IMG/VR virus record: IMGVR_UViG_3300023084_000018
Location: 1 to 61,117 of that record
DNA length: 61,117 bases
DNA from: a virus
Taxonomy: Duplodnaviria > Caudoviricetes
Reading direction: 5' to 3' (one strand)
The number at the start of each line of letters is the position of its first letter. Positions within the stretch are counted from its first letter, which is position 1. The notes below the pieces were generated by a model. The model did no database searches. It saw nothing but the letters and a program-made list of their open reading frames with translations, and was not told the DNA's origin. This document shows positions 58,166 through 61,117 of the stretch, piece by piece. The position numbers and the translations under genes were made by a program.

Positions 58166-59200
58166 TTATATAATACTATGTTTTACAATTTTGTCAACCT
58201 GAGAAAGGCTTTTGTTAAACATTCCATCCATTGACTTTGTTTGTTCTATCAACTGTTTATTAAGTTCCGGGCTGTGTACTGCTTGTTCTAAAAACTTTTC
58301 ATTGGTTACGTTTTTAACTGTTTCTATATATGCAGGTGGCAGTGCATTCAAAGAAAGATATGGAGGCCAACTTAACACAGCAGGTATCCAAAATATGTTT
58401 CGCTGTTCAACATATTCTTTGATGTTTTGTGTGTCATGCACATTGTAAGCCTGTATCACAGTGTGGGCTGATATTGTTATGTTGCTATTGTTGTTCCTAA
58501 AATCTAGCCATTGGTTAATGACTTCTTCTTTAGTTTTCCAATCTGTTCCTTGTCTCACATATTCATCTACTTTGTTAATTCCATCAATGCTTAACATGAG
58601 ATACAGCATTTTGAATTTTTTCAATTTGTCAATGTACTTGCTGGGAAAAAAAGTAGCATTGGTATTGACTTGAAGACTTATATTTTCAGCAACATTCTGC
58701 TGTTCTAGTATCTCTATCAATGATGTAAATTCAGGTGTGATAAAAGGTTCTCCACCTAGATATTTGATTCTAGTGACATGATTCAAATCTATTGAATCAA
58801 GTATTTTTGTTAAATCTTGTTTTTCAACAGTTACATTTTTTATTTCAGCCCACTTGCTACTGTACTGTGGACTACACATTCTACAAGTGATGTTGCATTG
58901 ATTACTAACACTGATTTCTAAAAATTGTATTTTGTTACCAGATAACTCTGCATTTAAATTCTGCCTCATGCTTTTTCGCACACCTGCTTGTTCTTCTTTT
59001 TTGCATTTCAAACAGCCATCGTCCCAGTTGTCATCTTGCATGTTGTTTACCAAAGACTTGTAAAATTCAGAATTACGAAATTCAGAAAAAGAATGCTCGT
59101 TGATATTGTATCCAGACTGTTTGCTGTATCTACAACAGGGCTTGAAATTTCCTGCTACATCAATACAGACATGATTGTGAAAAGCATTGCAATTTGGCAT
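58166..59200 (-). CDS. Radical SAM protein with N-terminal twitch-type domain (RS5)
   Basis: CNAFHN...GNFKPCC...CLKC; CNITCRMC; LGGEP. Confidence 0.9.
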   Translation of the reverse strand: MPNCNAFHNHVCIDVAGNFKPCCRYSKQSGYNINEHSFSEFRNSEFYKSLVNNMQDDNWDDGCLKCKKEEQAGVRKSMRQNLNAELSGNKIQFLEISVSNQCNITCRMCSPQYSSKWAEIKNVTVEKQDLTKILDSIDLNHVTRIKYLGGEPFITPEFTSLIEILEQQNVAENISLQVNTNATFFPSKYIDKLKKFKMLYLMLSIDGINKVDEYVRQGTDWKTKEEVINQWLDFRNNNSNITISAHTVIQAYNVHDTQNIKEYVEQRNIFWIPAVLSWPPYLSLNALPPAYIETVKNVTNEKFLEQAVHSPELNKQLIEQTKSMDGMFNKSLSQVDKIVKHSII

Positions 59201-59206
59201 TCCTGT

Positions 59207-59235
59207 ATATTAACAGAGAATACATAAATTGTCAA
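59207..59235 (-). promoter_or_regulatory. sigma70-like promoter, probably leaderless
   Basis: TTGACA-17 nt-TAATAT (extended TG)-6 nt-ATG. Confidence 0.78.
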
Positions 59236-59300
59236 TTGATAAAAAGATCTTTTATGTGTTGGTATTTTGTTTTAACAGTCTCGGCAAGAATTCAATTGCA

Positions 59301-59532
59301 TTTGCATGTGTATTAGCAAATTTTGTATGTGCAATTACATAATTTGTATGTGTTTGTAAAATTTGTATGTGTTACACAGTTTGTATGTGCATTTCGTAAA
59401 TTTTGTATGTGCTATTACATAATTTGTATGTGTATGTCGCATTTTTTACAAAACGTGTATGTGTTGTATTGTTTGTATGTGTATTAGAAGTTTTTTTAAA
59501 AAGGCGGGGGTTTTTAAACAAAATAGTATGTG
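59301..59532 (+). repeat. Array of 10 iteron-like TTTGTATGTG direct repeats
   Basis: Exact copies at 59322, 59343, 59362, 59380, 59402, 59423, 59472; variants at 59301, 59454, 59523. Confidence 0.9.
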
Positions 59533-60361
59533 CAACGATTTTTACGGTGTTAGAATCCACATCAAAGGATGCACGGTTATGCCTGTTCGCACAGCTCACA
59601 GGTACTGTTTCCACTGTGTCAAACAGTGCAGTAAAGTTCACACCCAAACACCAGGGTAAACACCGGTTTAAACAGCTTTACAGCGTCTTACAGTGGGGTG
59701 TTTGACTGTTTGAGTACAAGTGTGTGCCAAAGCTGAAACCCTGGCTAAAAACAGCAAAAATCTGGTACTACAAGTACACTACAAGCACACAATTGGAACA
59801 CATTTAGTCATTGGCTGTGTCATGATCACATAGTGCGTACAATAGCAATTGGCTAGCCCTATAACCCTTGTTAAACTAGTACCATAGTGGATCACTGTTC
59901 GCTTTGCTCACCTCTGTTGACAGCCCGGCGAGTTCTGTTAAAAACACACCAAAGCAGTGTCAAGCATACACCACAGTGTGTGCGAGTGCATAACCCTGAT
60001 CGCACAGTCTGTTGCTGTGTCTGAGGTTGCTAGACCACATATTACATACAAAATCCATACATAACCGCAAGTTGTATATACGCCGCCTATATGTACACCA
60101 CATTTTTTTACTGCGTAATTTTTTTAAAACTCCAGAACATCAACCCCATCAAGTTTTAAAACCACTGTGTTTGTCCACATCATGCTCTAAACCAAGTTGC
60201 GTTTCCGCAACTCGTAGTAAATGCTTCGCATTAGCTGTTGCCCTTTCTTACCTCGCCGCCGCCTATGTTATAGCCCATTTTTTTTGCTGTGCAACTAGCG
60301 CCAGGATCCAGGTTTCCAAGCCCAGGCTAAATCACATGGTCGGTGGGGTGATTTGAAAAAA
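59533..60361. other. Probably non-coding, locally GC-richer, hairpin-rich region (origin, packaging site or ncRNA candidate)
   Basis: No credible ORF; several inverted repeats and a ~38-bp imperfect direct repeat. Confidence 0.55.
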
Positions 60362-61069
60362 TTATTTCATGAAGGTGTGATTGCCCAACACACCAATATA
60401 CTGCTTACTGTCTGCCCAGTGTGGGTACACTAGATTGTGTGCATAGTAGAACACAGCACCATGGGTGTTATCACTGATGGTTAACCCTGTACTGCCTGCT
60501 ATCATTATAGCAATCTCTACTGATTCTTTCCAAGCTCTGGCATTACCTTTGATAGTCTCGCCTGTCTTCTCATAGTTGGCCCATATAACGTCTTTGTGTC
60601 CATCACAGTACCAACTAAATTTACATCTATGTTTAACAGGATAATACACTCTGTCTGCATCTGCTAACTTGGGATCTTGTTTAGTCTTCCATGATTCTCT
60701 CACAGGACCTTGTTGCACCACTTCACAATATGTTGCAGGCCATCTTGAATCTAATACTCTGTTACGAGTAACATTACCTACCGCGGCTTTGCCCGAATAT
60801 GATTCTGCTCTGGCTTCAAAGTATATGTTCTCTGCTAGACACACAACCTCATTGTGTTGGCTTTTGGCCACATCGTTTGCATCCAACTCTGTCCACAATA
60901 TGTGCTTGGCCTGTGTGGTCAATTCTGCTACAGGTTCTGCCGAACGAGCTACGCCTGTTAAAGCGGCACCTGTGATTATGGCTGTGACTATGATCACACA
61001 CAAGGTTCTATACCAGATCCATGCTGTGTGGTACCAAGTGGTTGTTTGTCTTTGTGTATCGTTTTGCAT
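60362..61069 (-). CDS. Cell wall hydrolase (SleB/Hydrolase_2 family) with N-terminal TM anchor
   Basis: CLAENIYFEARAES, VTRNRV, CKFSWYCDG, GAVFYYA, GNHTF; SD GAGGT. Confidence 0.92.
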   Translation of the reverse strand: MQNDTQRQTTTWYHTAWIWYRTLCVIIVTAIITGAALTGVARSAEPVAELTTQAKHILWTELDANDVAKSQHNEVVCLAENIYFEARAESYSGKAAVGNVTRNRVLDSRWPATYCEVVQQGPVRESWKTKQDPKLADADRVYYPVKHRCKFSWYCDGHKDVIWANYEKTGETIKGNARAWKESVEIAIMIAGSTGLTISDNTHGAVFYYAHNLVYPHWADSKQYIGVLGNHTFMK

Positions 61070-61091
61070 ATTACCTCTCTGTTATATAAAC

Positions 61092-61117
61092 ATATTAGCA
61101 TATTAGGGGATCTTGTC
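61092..61117 (-). promoter_or_regulatory. Probable sigma70-like promoter cut by the window edge
   Basis: ..GACA-16 nt-TAATAT with extended TG. Confidence 0.45.

Noticed and set aside
35637-59200. Radical SAM genes read as a RiPP cluster or as MoaA/NrdG/QueE
   Set aside because: No RRE/PqqD domain, transporter or convincing precursor, and no partner genes for those pathways; neighbours point to glycan chemistry. Not fully excluded.
59318-59433. 36-bp repeat pair with a 44-bp gap, resembling a mini-CRISPR array
   Set aside because: Only two copies, the 'spacer' is built from the same 10-mer, and there are no cas genes in the window.
60329-60354. Hairpin AAATCAC...GTGATTT after the cell wall hydrolase gene as a terminator
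   Set aside because: On the coding strand the T run precedes the stem, so it is not a canonical intrinsic terminator.
59372-60356. ORFs 59372-59647, 59403-59705, 59459-59659 and 60012-60356
   Set aside because: They overlap the repeat/hairpin tract, have atypical composition, non-ATG starts and no RBS.
97-61106. Numerous 60-145 aa antisense or out-of-frame ORFs inside long genes
   Set aside because: Shadow ORFs of well-supported genes, lacking motifs or RBS.
1-61117. tRNA, tmRNA, rRNA, IS elements, reverse transcriptase/DGR
   Set aside because: None recognised by eye; tRNAscan-SE and Infernal would be needed to exclude divergent RNAs.

Overview
AT-rich (roughly 30% GC, estimated by eye) segment of a large T4-superfamily/jumbo myovirus genome, standard genetic code. 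A marine low-GC host such as an alphaproteobacterium is an inference only. Left to right: gp46/gp47 recombination nuclease and a gp55-like late sigma factor (minus strand); a baseplate/tail module (tube initiator, gp53-like, hub, gp5-like spike, gp25, gp6, a 3958-aa virion protein, fibres) interrupted by a minus-strand island (membrane protein, cspA, clpP). Then a ~28 kb accessory region dominated by paralog families: 3 DxD (GT-A) glycosyltransferase-like, 5 GT10-like 'TEK' proteins, 4 SGNH-like proteins, 5 N-terminal-twitch radical SAM enzymes, 2 Fe(II)/2OG oxygenases and a nitroreductase-like protein, plus rpiB, a GH108 lysin, an S8 protease, def and nadE. Finally a ~1.1 kb non-coding region with phased iteron-like repeats and hairpins, and a SleB-type cell wall hydrolase. 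The best candidate for an undescribed system is a phage-encoded glycan synthesis and radical-tailoring pathway. Family calls come from motifs recognised by eye; no database search was run.
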